In this document: in pieces, positions 1 to 8,839 of the stretch
Layout: every line of letters starts with the position of its first letter
Numbering within the stretch: the stretch's first letter is position 1
DNA from: Candidatus Eiseniibacteriota bacterium
GTDB lineage: Bacteria > Eisenbacteria > RBG-16-71-46 > JABDJR01
Reading direction: 5' to 3'
DNA: 64,000 nt
Assembly: GCA_963762255.1 (NCBI GenBank)
Contig: CAVXKA010000003.1
Span: 736,001-800,000 of the forward strand
Notes under the pieces: generated by a model
What the model was told of the DNA's origin: nothing
The model's database searches: none
The model's input: only the letters and a program-made list of their open reading frames with translations
Made by a program: the position numbers and the translations under genes

Positions 1-557
1 CTGGCGCCGGCGGTGTGGGTGAAGTTCGTGCTGTGGTAGATGCAAACGTACCAACTGTTGCCGTAACCAGAGCCACCCGCGTAGCAGAGTGCTTCCGCTT
101 CGCCCTGGAACACGCCGGCATACAGCGAGCCGACGCCGGTGATGGCGCAAGCAGGCTCACCGGCCTGGCCGGAGATCCAGCGGAAGTACGGGAGGAGGCT
201 GAACGTGTTGTCAACCCCGATCCACCCTTCCATCAAGGTGTGGAGTCCAGCGGCTTTGAAGGGGTTCAAGCCGGGTACAGAGCTGAAACTCGACCCGACG
301 CCCGTGTCGAACGTCCAGATCGAATCCGGCAGTGCTTCCCAGCGCGCCGAATCTGCCGCCCAGACGGTGCCACCAAAATAGGTGGTCGCGATCTGGGCTG
401 CTCCGAACACCCCCGTGTTGCTCGTCAAGTTCGCGTTGGGGGTCGTGTCCTCCAACATGAACTTCTGGAGGCCACCGGTCTGATCCACGGGCTTCGCGAG
501 AGCCGGGACCGCCAGGGCCACCACGAGCATCAGGGTGATGCTCAAGGCTTTTCTCAT
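1..557 (-). CDS. Secreted/surface protein, N-terminal part (runs off the left edge; missing from the ORF track)
   Basis: Manually translated open frame MRKALSITLMLVVALAVPALA-KPVDQ...EGWIGVDNT...GSGYGNSW. Has a Sec signal peptide and a GGAGG RBS upstream. Confidence 0.85.
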   Translation of the reverse strand, partial: MRKALSITLMLVVALAVPALAKPVDQTGGLQKFMLEDTTPNANLTSNTGVFGAAQIATTYFGGTVWAADSARWEALPDSIWTFDTGVGSSFSSVPGLNPFKAAGLHTLMEGWIGVDNTFSLLPYFRWISGQAGEPACAITGVGSLYAGVFQGEAEALCYAGGSGYGNSWYVCIYHSTNFTHTAGA

Positions 558-930
558 CGTGCTACCTCCATCGTTGCAAGGCACTAGAGTTGAGCGCATC
601 GAGTGATGGATGTTGTGCCATCCCACAGGGTGCCGGCCATCGTTCCCATATTCCTCGCACGACCGCCAGAGCGCGGTTCCAGCGGTGCCGCGAACTCGGT
701 GAAGGCTTGCACCCCTGCCGAACTCACGGTCACGTCTCCGGCACTCTGATCCCCGGCTGAGCGACAACAGGGTTGTGTCAGGCTGGGGACTTAGTAACCA
801 CCTGAAGACGAGTCAACCGCAACCCGATTACGGCTCACACGCGGGAACGCGCTCGCACCGGATGGGGAATCCCGAGACCGAGCTGACACGTCCCCTGGAG
901 TATCAGGGAATAGCTACCGAACCCGAAAAC

Positions 931-959
931 AGTATAAGGCCATTGGCTTTCCGTGTCAA
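931..959 (-). promoter_or_regulatory. Near-consensus sigma70 promoter TTGACA-N17-TATACT
   Basis: Read directly on the minus strand. The -35 overlaps the stop codon of the upstream ATPase gene. Confidence 0.75.
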
Positions 960-1765
960 CCGAGACCGGCTTCTGATGACAGCAGGGTATGGAGTTGCGC
1001 GGGCTTGGAAATCCTTGGAGCCGGCTCATCCAGCCCCCCCCAACCAGTCCCAGCAGCCTCCCGAAGAGCGTCCCAGAGGCGGGTGGCGGGGCGGTGCGTC
1101 AAGGCCGCCAATCTCGCAACTTCCGACTTGCAAAGGACCTCCCCGATCTCCCCCGTCGCCGCCGTCCGCCCCCGATCCAGGACAAGCACCCACGGTCGAA
1201 GCGACACGAAGACCTCGTGCCGGTGAGTGGCTACCCAGAGACCACCCCGCATGGAGTCACTTCGCTCACGAAGTAATGCGACCACGCGATCCACCCCGGT
1301 TGCATCCAGAGCCGCATCCGGCTCGTCCAGAGCCCAGTGGTCGTGACCGGACAGCAGGAGCAGTGCGATTGCCGCGCGGCGTCGCTCCCCTGCGGAGAGG
1401 GTCCGAGAGGGGCGGGACAATCCGGCTCCCACGAGATCCACCGCCCTCAACACGGCCCGCAGCTCGGAGCGCCGTGAGCGGGGCGGCCGCGCGTCGCCGC
1501 ATAGATCCTCGGCCAGGTTTCGCCCCGCCAGGGCTCGCTCGGGGAGTTGAGGCAGATACGCAGCGTGTCCCCGCGGAGCGAGACCCTCCACTCGCCCCGC
1601 CGTGGGGCGAAGCGAGCCGCCGAGGAGTCGCAGCAGCGTGCTCTTCCCCGATCCTGAAGCGCCGAGCACGAGCCAGGGCCGATCGTCGGGACCCTCGACG
1701 TCCAGGGGGCCGAGACAGAAGGAACCCGGCCCCGGGTAGCGGTAGGTCAGCGCGTCGAGCCTCAT
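956..1765 (-). CDS. ABC ATPase, ECF/CbiO-like (A' subunit)
   Basis: Walker A GASGSGKST, signature LSAGERRR, Walker B ALDEP, H-loop. Paired with a second ATPase. Confidence 0.8.
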   Translation of the reverse strand: MRLDALTYRYPGPGSFCLGPLDVEGPDDRPWLVLGASGSGKSTLLRLLGGSLRPTAGRVEGLAPRGHAAYLPQLPERALAGRNLAEDLCGDARPPRSRRSELRAVLRAVDLVGAGLSRPSRTLSAGERRRAAIALLLLSGHDHWALDEPDAALDATGVDRVVALLRERSDSMRGGLWVATHRHEVFVSLRPWVLVLDRGRTAATGEIGEVLCKSEVARLAALTHRPATRLWDALREAAGTGWGGLDEPAPRISKPAQLHTLLSSEAGLG

Positions 1766-2619
1766 GGCATCACTTCCGGGGCGAGTCGGCGGGCCATCTC
1801 AGCCACGGAGTACCCCGTGCCGTCGACGGCCCACCCGAGATCGCGGAGCCGGCGCTCCATCCGCAGGCCCAGAGGCGGCTCGATCGAGGCGGGAAGCTCC
1901 GCGCGAAGCGCCTCGGCGGGCGGCCCCCAGACAAGGAGACGCCCCCGATCCAACACGCCCGCCACATCGGCCTCGGCTGCCAGTTCCCCATCGTGCGCGG
2001 CGAGAAGAATGGCCTGCACGTGCCCCCGATCCACGGCTTCGCGCAGGCGCTCCCAGATCATGCGACCCTCGCCCGGGCCCAGATAGAGAAACGGATCGTC
2101 GAGGAGGAGCAGCGCGGGGCGGAGCGCCAGCGCGGTCGCCACGAGAAGTCGCTCCTGCTCTCCCGGGGACATCGTAAGAGGATCGCGTCCGGCGAACGCT
2201 TCCAGGTCGAACTCGCGAAGCGCTCCCTCGACGCGGCGCACGACCTCCTCGCGGGGGAGATCGGCGTTCTCCAGAGTGAACGCGATCTCCTCCGCCGCGG
2301 TGGACGTCACGAACTGCGCGGCGGGATCTTCGAGCAGGAGCGCGCAGGACCGGGGATCGAGCCCTCCCCCGGCGGGGGACCGAACGACCCCGCGCGCGGG
2401 CGGCCAAAGCCCCGCGGCCGCACGGAGCAACGTGCTCTTGCCCGCGCCGTTGCCGCCCAGAAGGACACCGATCTCCCCGCGGCGCAGCGTGAGCGTCACT
2501 CCGACGAGCATCGGGCGGTGCGCCCCGGGAGGAACAACGTCGATGCCGGCCAATTCGAGGATCGGTTCGGCTTCACCGCCGCCCTCAACCGTCGACTCGA
2601 TCACGAACCCTGAAGCCAC
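1762..2619 (-). CDS. ABC ATPase, ECF/CbiO-like (A subunit)
   Basis: GGNGAGKST, QF..T..EEIAF.LEN (EcfA-like), LLLDDP. Start position uncertain. Confidence 0.8.
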   Translation of the reverse strand: MASGFVIESTVEGGGEAEPILELAGIDVVPPGAHRPMLVGVTLTLRRGEIGVLLGGNGAGKSTLLRAAAGLWPPARGVVRSPAGGGLDPRSCALLLEDPAAQFVTSTAAEEIAFTLENADLPREEVVRRVEGALREFDLEAFAGRDPLTMSPGEQERLLVATALALRPALLLLDDPFLYLGPGEGRMIWERLREAVDRGHVQAILLAAHDGELAAEADVAGVLDRGRLLVWGPPAEALRAELPASIEPPLGLRMERRLRDLGWAVDGTGYSVAEMARRLAPEVMP

Positions 2620-3880
2620 CGCCGCTCCACCTCGCGCCGCAGCTCGACCAGGGAAACGCCGCGGCGGCGCGCCAGCGCCGAGAGATCCTCGTACTCCGCG
2701 TGCGGGCGCTCCTCACCGTCGGGCAGGATGGCCACCTTGACTCGCACCTCCCCGTCCTCGAGCCGCACCGTATCGATCCGACGCGCGAGTTCCAGGCGCT
2801 CTTCGATCCGCCACCGGGCGCCGAGCGATGACGACTCCCGCACCACGCGCGCGGCGAATTCCTCGACCCTCTCCGGGGAGGAGAGCACCCGCAGAAGGAA
2901 ACCGGGGCGGCTCTTCTTCATGATCATCGGCGTGAGGGTCGCATCGAGGGCTCCCGCATCGAGGAGCGACCCGATCAGGTGCCCGGCGTCCTCGGGGGTG
3001 CAATCGTCGAGGGCGGCCTCGAGGACGGCTACCCGTACGCGGGGCACGGATCCGGTGAGGCCTTCCCCGACCACCAGACGTGCGAGGTTCGGCCGATGCG
3101 CGGGGTCCTTCCCCCCGCCCCGTAGCCGGTGCGCTCGGGTCGCAACGCGAACTCCGCCGGAACAGGCTCCGCGTGCACCGCCAGGAGCGCCGCGCCGGTG
3201 GGGGTGGTGAGTTCCCCCGCCCCCTCTTCGAAGATGCAGGAGCGCCCGTCGAGAAGATCGAGGGTGGCGGGAGCGGGAATGGGGAGCACCCCGTGCGCCG
3301 CGTGCGCGACTCCGCCCCCTACCGCCACCGGACCGTGGTAGAGACGGTCGAACCCCAACGCGCGCAGGCCGGCAGCGGCCCCGACAACGTCGGCGATGGC
3401 GTCCCACGAGCCCACCTCGTGGAACTCCACCGCATGCGGGGGGCGGCCGTGAAGGCGTCCCTCCACGTCGGCCAAGCGGGCGAACACGCGTCGTGCCCCA
3501 TCCCGCACCGTCGCGTCCAACGAGGCGCGGTCGAGGAGGCGGATGATCTCCGAGTAGGGACGGTGAACGGGGTGGTCGTGCCCGCCGATGGGGTGCCCGT
3601 GCGCTCCGCCAGGGTGGTCGTGCGCGTGGTCGTGGGCATGCGACGCGGCCTCCACCGGGCCGCCGGTCTCTTGAACGGGAGCGCCGTCCAGAAGCACGTC
3701 GACCTTGATCCCGCGAAGCCCGGCCCGGGTCACCTCGCTCGCGCGCAGGTCGACGCGGTCGCCCCCCACCGCGCGCACCGCGTCGCGCAGCGTATCCAGC
3801 GGGGCGCCGGCGTCCACAAGGGCGCCCAGAAACATATCTCCAGATATTCCAGAGGGAAGGTGAAAAATTCCAACCCGCAT
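2601..3880 (-). CDS. larC: Nickel-pincer cofactor Ni insertase LarC (one frameshift at ~3112 in a G run)
   Basis: SGISGDMFLGAL, His-rich insert, FHEVG, PIPAPAT, GELTTPTGAA, MKKSRPG, EYED. Split over ORFs 3029..4525 and 2601..3407. Confidence 0.9.
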
Positions 3881-4665
3881 CAGTCGCGCCTTTCCCCGGT
3901 TTCCGCTCCCGGAGCGGCGGCCAGCCGGGCGATCAAGGCGGCGGCGTAACCCGCGGAGAATCCGTTGTCGATGTTCACGACCGTCACCCCGGACGCGCAG
4001 GAGTTGAGCATGGCGAGCAAGGGGGTCAGCCCGCCGAAATGCGCGCCGTAGCCGACGCTGGTGGGCACCGCGATAACCGGGCGATCCGTCAGCCCTCCCA
4101 CCACCGAGGGGAGCGCTCCTTCCATGCCGGCCACCACGACCAGCGCCGCCGCACGGTGAAGCAGGTCTTGGTGGCGCAGGATGCGATGCAGGCCGGCCAC
4201 GCCGACGTCCCGCAGCCGCTCCACCGGCGCCCCCAGCGCCTGCGCGGTCCAGGCCGCCTCCTCCGCCACCGGTTGATCGGAAGTGCCCGCCGATATCACG
4301 ACGACCAGCGCCGCCGGTGGCAGCGGCTCGGTCCCCGACCGGTGGAAGAGCCGGGCCTCGCGCACCCACGCGCCGTCCGGAAAGCGCTCGGCAAGCGCGC
4401 GCGCCGCCTCGTCGGCAAGCCGCGTGGCCAGGAGCGGAGCGCCTCCTTCCGCCACGCGCTCGGCGATGGCCAGCACCTGCTCCACGGTCTTGCGCTCGCC
4501 GAAGATCACCTCGGGAAAGCCGCACCGCAGCGCGCGCTGATGATCCACCGTCGCCTCGGCGAGGTCGTCGGCGGGAAAACCGCGCAATTCCTCCATCGCG
4601 GAGTCGGGGGCGATCTCGCCCGAGGCCACCCGTTCGAGCAGGCGCCGCAGCGACTCCGGGTTCAT
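3880..4665 (-). CDS. larB: Nickel-pincer cofactor carboxylase/hydrolase LarB (PurE-like)
   Basis: R.LRCGFPEVIFG..K, AGTSD.PVAEEA, DVGVAGLHR, AGMEGALPSVV, PTSVGYGA, NIDNGF. Confidence 0.93.
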   Translation of the reverse strand: MNPESLRRLLERVASGEIAPDSAMEELRGFPADDLAEATVDHQRALRCGFPEVIFGERKTVEQVLAIAERVAEGGAPLLATRLADEAARALAERFPDGAWVREARLFHRSGTEPLPPAALVVVISAGTSDQPVAEEAAWTAQALGAPVERLRDVGVAGLHRILRHQDLLHRAAALVVVAGMEGALPSVVGGLTDRPVIAVPTSVGYGAHFGGLTPLLAMLNSCASGVTVVNIDNGFSAGYAAALIARLAAAPGAETGERRD

Positions 4666-5681
4666 GCCGCGGCCCCGTTCAGTGAGCCCACCGGCTCCGC
4701 AGCGGCGTCCCCCAGGGAACGGCGGTACTCCTCGAGCAATTCGATCACGCGCTCCCATTCGGGTTCCCGGAAGATCAACGGGCGAAGCCGCGCGGCATTT
4801 GGAAAACCGCGCACGTAGGCGGCCAGGGTCTTCCGCATCTCGTGCAATCCGCGCGGGAGTCCCTTGCGCGCCACCGCGCGGCGAAGGTGTTCGACGGCCA
4901 GCGCGATCACCTCATCGCGCGTCGGACGCTGGAGATCGATCCCTTCCTCCAAGAGAGAGCGTGCCTCGCGAAAGATCCAGGGATTTCCCACCGCACCGCG
5001 CCCCACCAGCACGCCGTCGCAGCCGGTTTCCTCCAGCATCCGCAACGCGTCGCGCCCGGTGCGCACGTCGCCGTTGCCGATGACCGGAATGGAAACCGCG
5101 CGTTTCAACCGCGCAATGTCGTCCCAGTTTGCCTTGCCTTCAAACCGTTCGCTGCGCGTGCGCGCATGGATGGCGATGGCGGCGATGCCGGCGCGCTCGA
5201 GGATCCCGCCGACGGCTTCGATGTCTGAAGATGCCCTGTCCCAGCCGCTGCGGATCTTGGCGGTGACCGGCACGCCCGCTCCCTGCACCACCGCGCCGGC
5301 GAGATCGGCAAGAAGGCCGCGGTTGCGCAGGAGCGCGGCTCCGGCTTCCTTGGTGACGACTTTGGGCACCGGGCAACCCATGTTGATGTCGATGAAGTCG
5401 GGCCTGAGCGCGGTCAGGAGCGCCGCCGCGCGGCCCATGGTATCCGGATCGGAGCCGAAGAGCTGCATGCCGATCGGGCGCTCGCTCTCCTCGTACTCGA
5501 GGTAGCGGTTGGAGCGCTCGCCGCCGCGGATGAGCCCCTCGCTGCTCACCAACTCGGTCACCACAAACGCAGCGCCGTAATCGCGGCAGAGACCGCGAAA
5601 CACCGGTTCGGTGTGGCCGGCCATGGGGGCCAAGCCCACCACGCCGTCAATTTGAAGGGGGCCGATGGCGAGACGATTCAT
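4662..5681 (-). CDS. dusB: tRNA-dihydrouridine synthase B
   Basis: LAPMAG, QLFGS, DINMGCP, KIRSGW, H.RTR, IGNGD, GRGA.GNPWIF. Confidence 0.92.
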   Translation of the reverse strand: MNRLAIGPLQIDGVVGLAPMAGHTEPVFRGLCRDYGAAFVVTELVSSEGLIRGGERSNRYLEYEESERPIGMQLFGSDPDTMGRAAALLTALRPDFIDINMGCPVPKVVTKEAGAALLRNRGLLADLAGAVVQGAGVPVTAKIRSGWDRASSDIEAVGGILERAGIAAIAIHARTRSERFEGKANWDDIARLKRAVSIPVIGNGDVRTGRDALRMLEETGCDGVLVGRGAVGNPWIFREARSLLEEGIDLQRPTRDEVIALAVEHLRRAVARKGLPRGLHEMRKTLAAYVRGFPNAARLRPLIFREPEWERVIELLEEYRRSLGDAAAEPVGSLNGAAA

Positions 5682-5751
5682 GATTCCAATCGGTGGTTCC
5701 GGTGCAGGGACGCAGTAGGGACCGAAGGAGTCTAGCACCGGCGAGGGCCGG

Positions 5752-6453
5752 TCAGACGAGCCCGCCGTCGGCGCGGCGGCGCACCAGACGGGGCTCCACC
5801 TCGCCCAGGACCCGCGCCGCGAGTTCCGGCTTGGGTACGGTGGCGTCGAGCACGGCAAAGCGATCCGGCTCGCGGCGGGCGAGACTCAGGTAGACCTCGC
5901 GCACCGCTTCATGGAACTCGCGATACTCGCGGTCGAATCGTGTCAGGTCTCCTCCCTCCGCGCTCCGGCGTCCGACGCGGATGAGCGACTCGTCCACGGG
6001 CACGTCGAAGAGAAGGGTGAGATCGGGTCGGATCCCCGAGGCGGCGAGATCGTTGGCGGCGGCCACGCGTTCGAGACCGAGACCGCGGCCGCCCCCCTGA
6101 TACGCGAGGCTCGCGTCGCTGAAGCGATCGCAGATGACGACGTCACCGGCGTCCAGTCGCGGAAGGATCCGCTTCTGGAGATGCTGCGCTCGGGAAGCGA
6201 GGAGCATGAAGAGTTCCGCCTCGGCGACCGGCGTCTCGCCCTCGGTGCCGAGCAGAAGGCTCCGGAGGGCTTCGGCGAGCGGGGTGCCGCCCGGCTCGCG
6301 AGTTCCGTCGACTCGATAGCCGCGCTCTTCGAGGGCGGTCTTGAGCAAGCGGACGTGGGTGGTCTTGCCGCTCCCTTCGGTCCCCTCGAAGGTAAGGAAG
6401 AAGCCGCGCGGCACCCCGCTCGCGGCGCGCGCGCGCTCGAGCGGCGCTCTCAT
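5752..6453 (-). CDS. tmk: Thymidylate kinase
   Basis: FEGTEGSGKTT, TREPGGT, DRFSDASLAYQGGGRG. Confidence 0.95.
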   Translation of the reverse strand: MRAPLERARAASGVPRGFFLTFEGTEGSGKTTHVRLLKTALEERGYRVDGTREPGGTPLAEALRSLLLGTEGETPVAEAELFMLLASRAQHLQKRILPRLDAGDVVICDRFSDASLAYQGGGRGLGLERVAAANDLAASGIRPDLTLLFDVPVDESLIRVGRRSAEGGDLTRFDREYREFHEAVREVYLSLARREPDRFAVLDATVPKPELAARVLGEVEPRLVRRRADGGLV

Positions 6454-7037
6454 AGCGTGCGCGTCCGCTCCTGCACGTGGAGCACGCGCTGAAGCGACGT
6501 GAAGAAGACGAGCGGGGTGAGTACCCAGAGAGCCACCTTCACGCCGATTCCACCGACGAAGCAGGCGATAAGGAGCAGCACCATGCGCTCGGGGCGCTCC
6601 ATCATGCCGACCTGGCAATCGACGCCGAGGCCCTCGGCGCGCGCTCGCGTGTAGCTCACGAGAAGCGAGCCTCCGGCGGCGAAGAAGGTGAGAAGCGCGT
6701 AGAGGACGGACGGTTCCACGCGAGTGAAATAGACGAGCGACCCGGCGAAGAAGAGGAGTTCGGCGAGACGGTCGCTGGTGGAATCGAAGAAGGCGCCGAA
6801 TTTCGTGCTCACGCCGCTGCTGCGCGCCACCGCGCCGTCCAGCATGTCGCACACTCCGCCGACGAGGAGCGCAACTCCGGCGCCGCGGAACGACCCGAGC
6901 GCGAGCAGAGCGCCGGAACCTGCCATCGCGACCAGCCCGGCCAGGGTGACCTGGTTGGGCGAGACGTGAAGTCGGGTCAGGCCTTCCGCTACCGGCGCCA
7001 GCGCACGGCGGCCCATATCCTTGATCGCGCTCTTCAT
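6450..7037 (-). CDS. CDP-alcohol phosphatidyltransferase (phosphatidylinositol-phosphate synthase-like)
   Basis: PNQVT, DMLDGAVAR...GAFFDSTSDR, VSYTRARAEGLG, ERPER. Confidence 0.88.
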   Translation of the reverse strand: MKSAIKDMGRRALAPVAEGLTRLHVSPNQVTLAGLVAMAGSGALLALGSFRGAGVALLVGGVCDMLDGAVARSSGVSTKFGAFFDSTSDRLAELLFFAGSLVYFTRVEPSVLYALLTFFAAGGSLLVSYTRARAEGLGVDCQVGMMERPERMVLLLIACFVGGIGVKVALWVLTPLVFFTSLQRVLHVQERTRTL

Positions 7038-8083
7038 GCCCGCGCTCCCGTCCGCGCACCCAACACGGCGCGCAGCGCGCGGATCGCGCGTTCGATGCCC
7101 GCGTCGTCCACGTCGAGGTGCGTGACCAGACGGATGCGGGCGGCGCCGAAGCCTATGGCGAGTAACCCTTCCCGCTGGAGGCTTTCCACGACCTCTTCCT
7201 GCGTGCGGCCGGTGGGAGTGAAGTCGGCGATCACGATGTTCGTATCCACCGGGAACACCTCGACCCCGGGACACTCGCGAAGCGCATCGCCGAGCGTCTT
7301 CGCCCGCGCGTGGTCCTCGGCGAGGCGCTCGCGATGATGCCGCAATGCGTGCAGGGCGCCGGCGGCGATGATGCCCACCTGACGCATGCCGCCGCCAAGT
7401 CGTTTGCGCTGAAAACGCGCGCGACGGATGCGCTCCGACGTCGACGCGATCGCGGAGCCGATCGGCGCGCCGAGTCCCTTCGAAAAGCAGACGGAAACGG
7501 TGTCTGCGGACGCGGCGAGTTCTGCCGGCGCGCGACCGCCCGCAACGGCGGCGTTCCACAAGCGCGCCCCGTCGAGGTGGACGAGGAGGCCGATGTCGTG
7601 CGCGGCGCGAGCCGAGGCGTCGAACGCCTCCGGTGGCCACACCGCGCCCCCGGCACGATTGTGAGTGTTCTCGAGCCCGACCGCGACCAGCGGAGCGTAG
7701 TGCTCGTTCACTGGGCGCAACGCCGCGCGAATCTGCTCCGGCGACAGCATGCCGCGCTGTCCCGCTACCGGGCGAACGGTCACACCCCAGAGCGCGGCGG
7801 GAGCGCCGGCTTCGTAGTTCCAGATGTGGCAACCGTCGTCCACCAGGAGTTCGGTGCCCGGTCCGGCCACCAGCGACACCGAGATCTGGTTGGCCATGGT
7901 GCCGGAGGGGACGAAGAGGGCGGCCTCCTTGCCGAGAACGGCAGCGGTCTCTTCCTCGAGCCGTCGCACGGTGGGATCGTCACCCAGCACATCGTCCCCG
8001 ACTTCGGCGTCGGCTATGGCTCTGCGCATGGCCGCGGTGGGCCGGGTGACGGTGTCGCTGCGCAGATCGACGAGTGCGCTCAT
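7034..8083 (-). CDS. ltaE: Low-specificity L-threonine aldolase
   Basis: DLRSDTVT.PT, GDDV..DDPTV, SGTMAN, HLDGARL, CFSKGLGAP, GGGMRQ.G. Confidence 0.95.
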   Translation of the reverse strand: MSALVDLRSDTVTRPTAAMRRAIADAEVGDDVLGDDPTVRRLEEETAAVLGKEAALFVPSGTMANQISVSLVAGPGTELLVDDGCHIWNYEAGAPAALWGVTVRPVAGQRGMLSPEQIRAALRPVNEHYAPLVAVGLENTHNRAGGAVWPPEAFDASARAAHDIGLLVHLDGARLWNAAVAGGRAPAELAASADTVSVCFSKGLGAPIGSAIASTSERIRRARFQRKRLGGGMRQVGIIAAGALHALRHHRERLAEDHARAKTLGDALRECPGVEVFPVDTNIVIADFTPTGRTQEEVVESLQREGLLAIGFGAARIRLVTHLDVDDAGIERAIRALRAVLGARTGARA

Positions 8084-8131
8084 GCTGAATGGAGCCTCAA
8101 TGCGGGCAGATGCGCGGCCACAGCCCGGGCG

Positions 8132-8178
8132 AAAAAAAGGGACGAACCGACCCGAGCCCGATCCGGGGGTTCGTCCCT
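8132..8178 (-). terminator. Intrinsic terminator downstream of HU gene
   Basis: Stem AGGGACGAACC...GGTTCGTCCCT followed by a T-run on the minus strand. Confidence 0.75.
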
Positions 8179-8245
8179 CAACTCAGGGCCACGCCGCACG
8201 AAGGCGGCAGCGGCACAAGCCCTCTCTCGACCGGCAGGACGGTGC

Positions 8246-8578
8246 CTAAGCGGAAGTGGACTGCGCGCCGGCGCCGGTGTGCCCGGCCGGGGCGTCGGAG
8301 TCCAGGGAAGCCACGCGATCCTTGAGCTCCTTGGACACCTTGAATACCGGCACCTTGCGCGGCGGAACGTGGACCGCGTCCCCGGTGCGCGGGTTACGCG
8401 CCGTGCGGGGCTTGCGGTCCTTTACCTTGAACGTGCCGAACCCGCGGATCTCAATGTGCTTACCCTGCACGAGCGCGCGCGACACCGCTTCCAAGAACTC
8501 ATCCACCGTGTCGGCGACGTCCTTCTTGGTGAGTCCGGTGCGCTGGGCGATTTCATCCACGAGATCTGCCTTGGTCAT
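8246..8578 (-). CDS. HU/IHF family DNA-binding protein
   Basis: MTKADLV, IRGFGTFKV, RTARNPRTG, VPVFK.SKELK. Confidence 0.95.
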   Translation of the reverse strand: MTKADLVDEIAQRTGLTKKDVADTVDEFLEAVSRALVQGKHIEIRGFGTFKVKDRKPRTARNPRTGDAVHVPPRKVPVFKVSKELKDRVASLDSDAPAGHTGAGAQSTSA

Positions 8579-8697
8579 TCGGAACCTCCTCTGCCCCGTT
8601 CCGGGGTCTACCCCGGCTTGGACGGTGACCGGACTGTCGCGGTGGATGGATGCACCGACGGCCGACCGACACCCCGTCCGCGGACGTATCTTGGCGG

Positions 8698-8815
8698 AAT
8701 CTACATGGTTACCCCATCCATGTCAAACGGGGTCACCGATCCCGGTCCAACCGGAGGGAAACGGTGGGCCGGAACATCCGGGCGCACTCTAGTGGAGGCT
8801 AACTTGGCCCGTCAA
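8698..8815 (-). promoter_or_regulatory. Tandem sigma70-like promoters for HU (TTGACA-N17-TAGATT at 8726-8698; TTGACG-N18-TAGAGT at 8815-8786)
   Basis: Both motifs read directly in the intergenic region. Confidence 0.6.
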
Positions 8816-8839
8816 CAAGGGTTCTGAGCACGGGCCCGT

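Noticed and set aside
775-2613. Long antisense or alternative-frame ORFs (also 7310..8827, 44445..46721, 38693..40354 and many others)
   Set aside because: These are Arg/Pro/Ala-rich shadow ORFs expected at high GC, and they overlap genes with clear family motifs.
3095-3125. larC frameshift as a programmed ribosomal frameshift (as in L. plantarum larC1/C2)
   Set aside because: It falls in a G homopolymer within the conserved GYGAG..D...PN stretch, and adding one G restores the protein. Similar single-base indels hit moaDE, lysR, ino1 and the ompA gene, which points to long-read error. Read polishing would settle it.
8084-8245. Intergenic region as an ncRNA (6S, SRP or tmRNA)
   Set aside because: No diagnostic motifs were found, and the structure is explained by the HU terminator hairpin.
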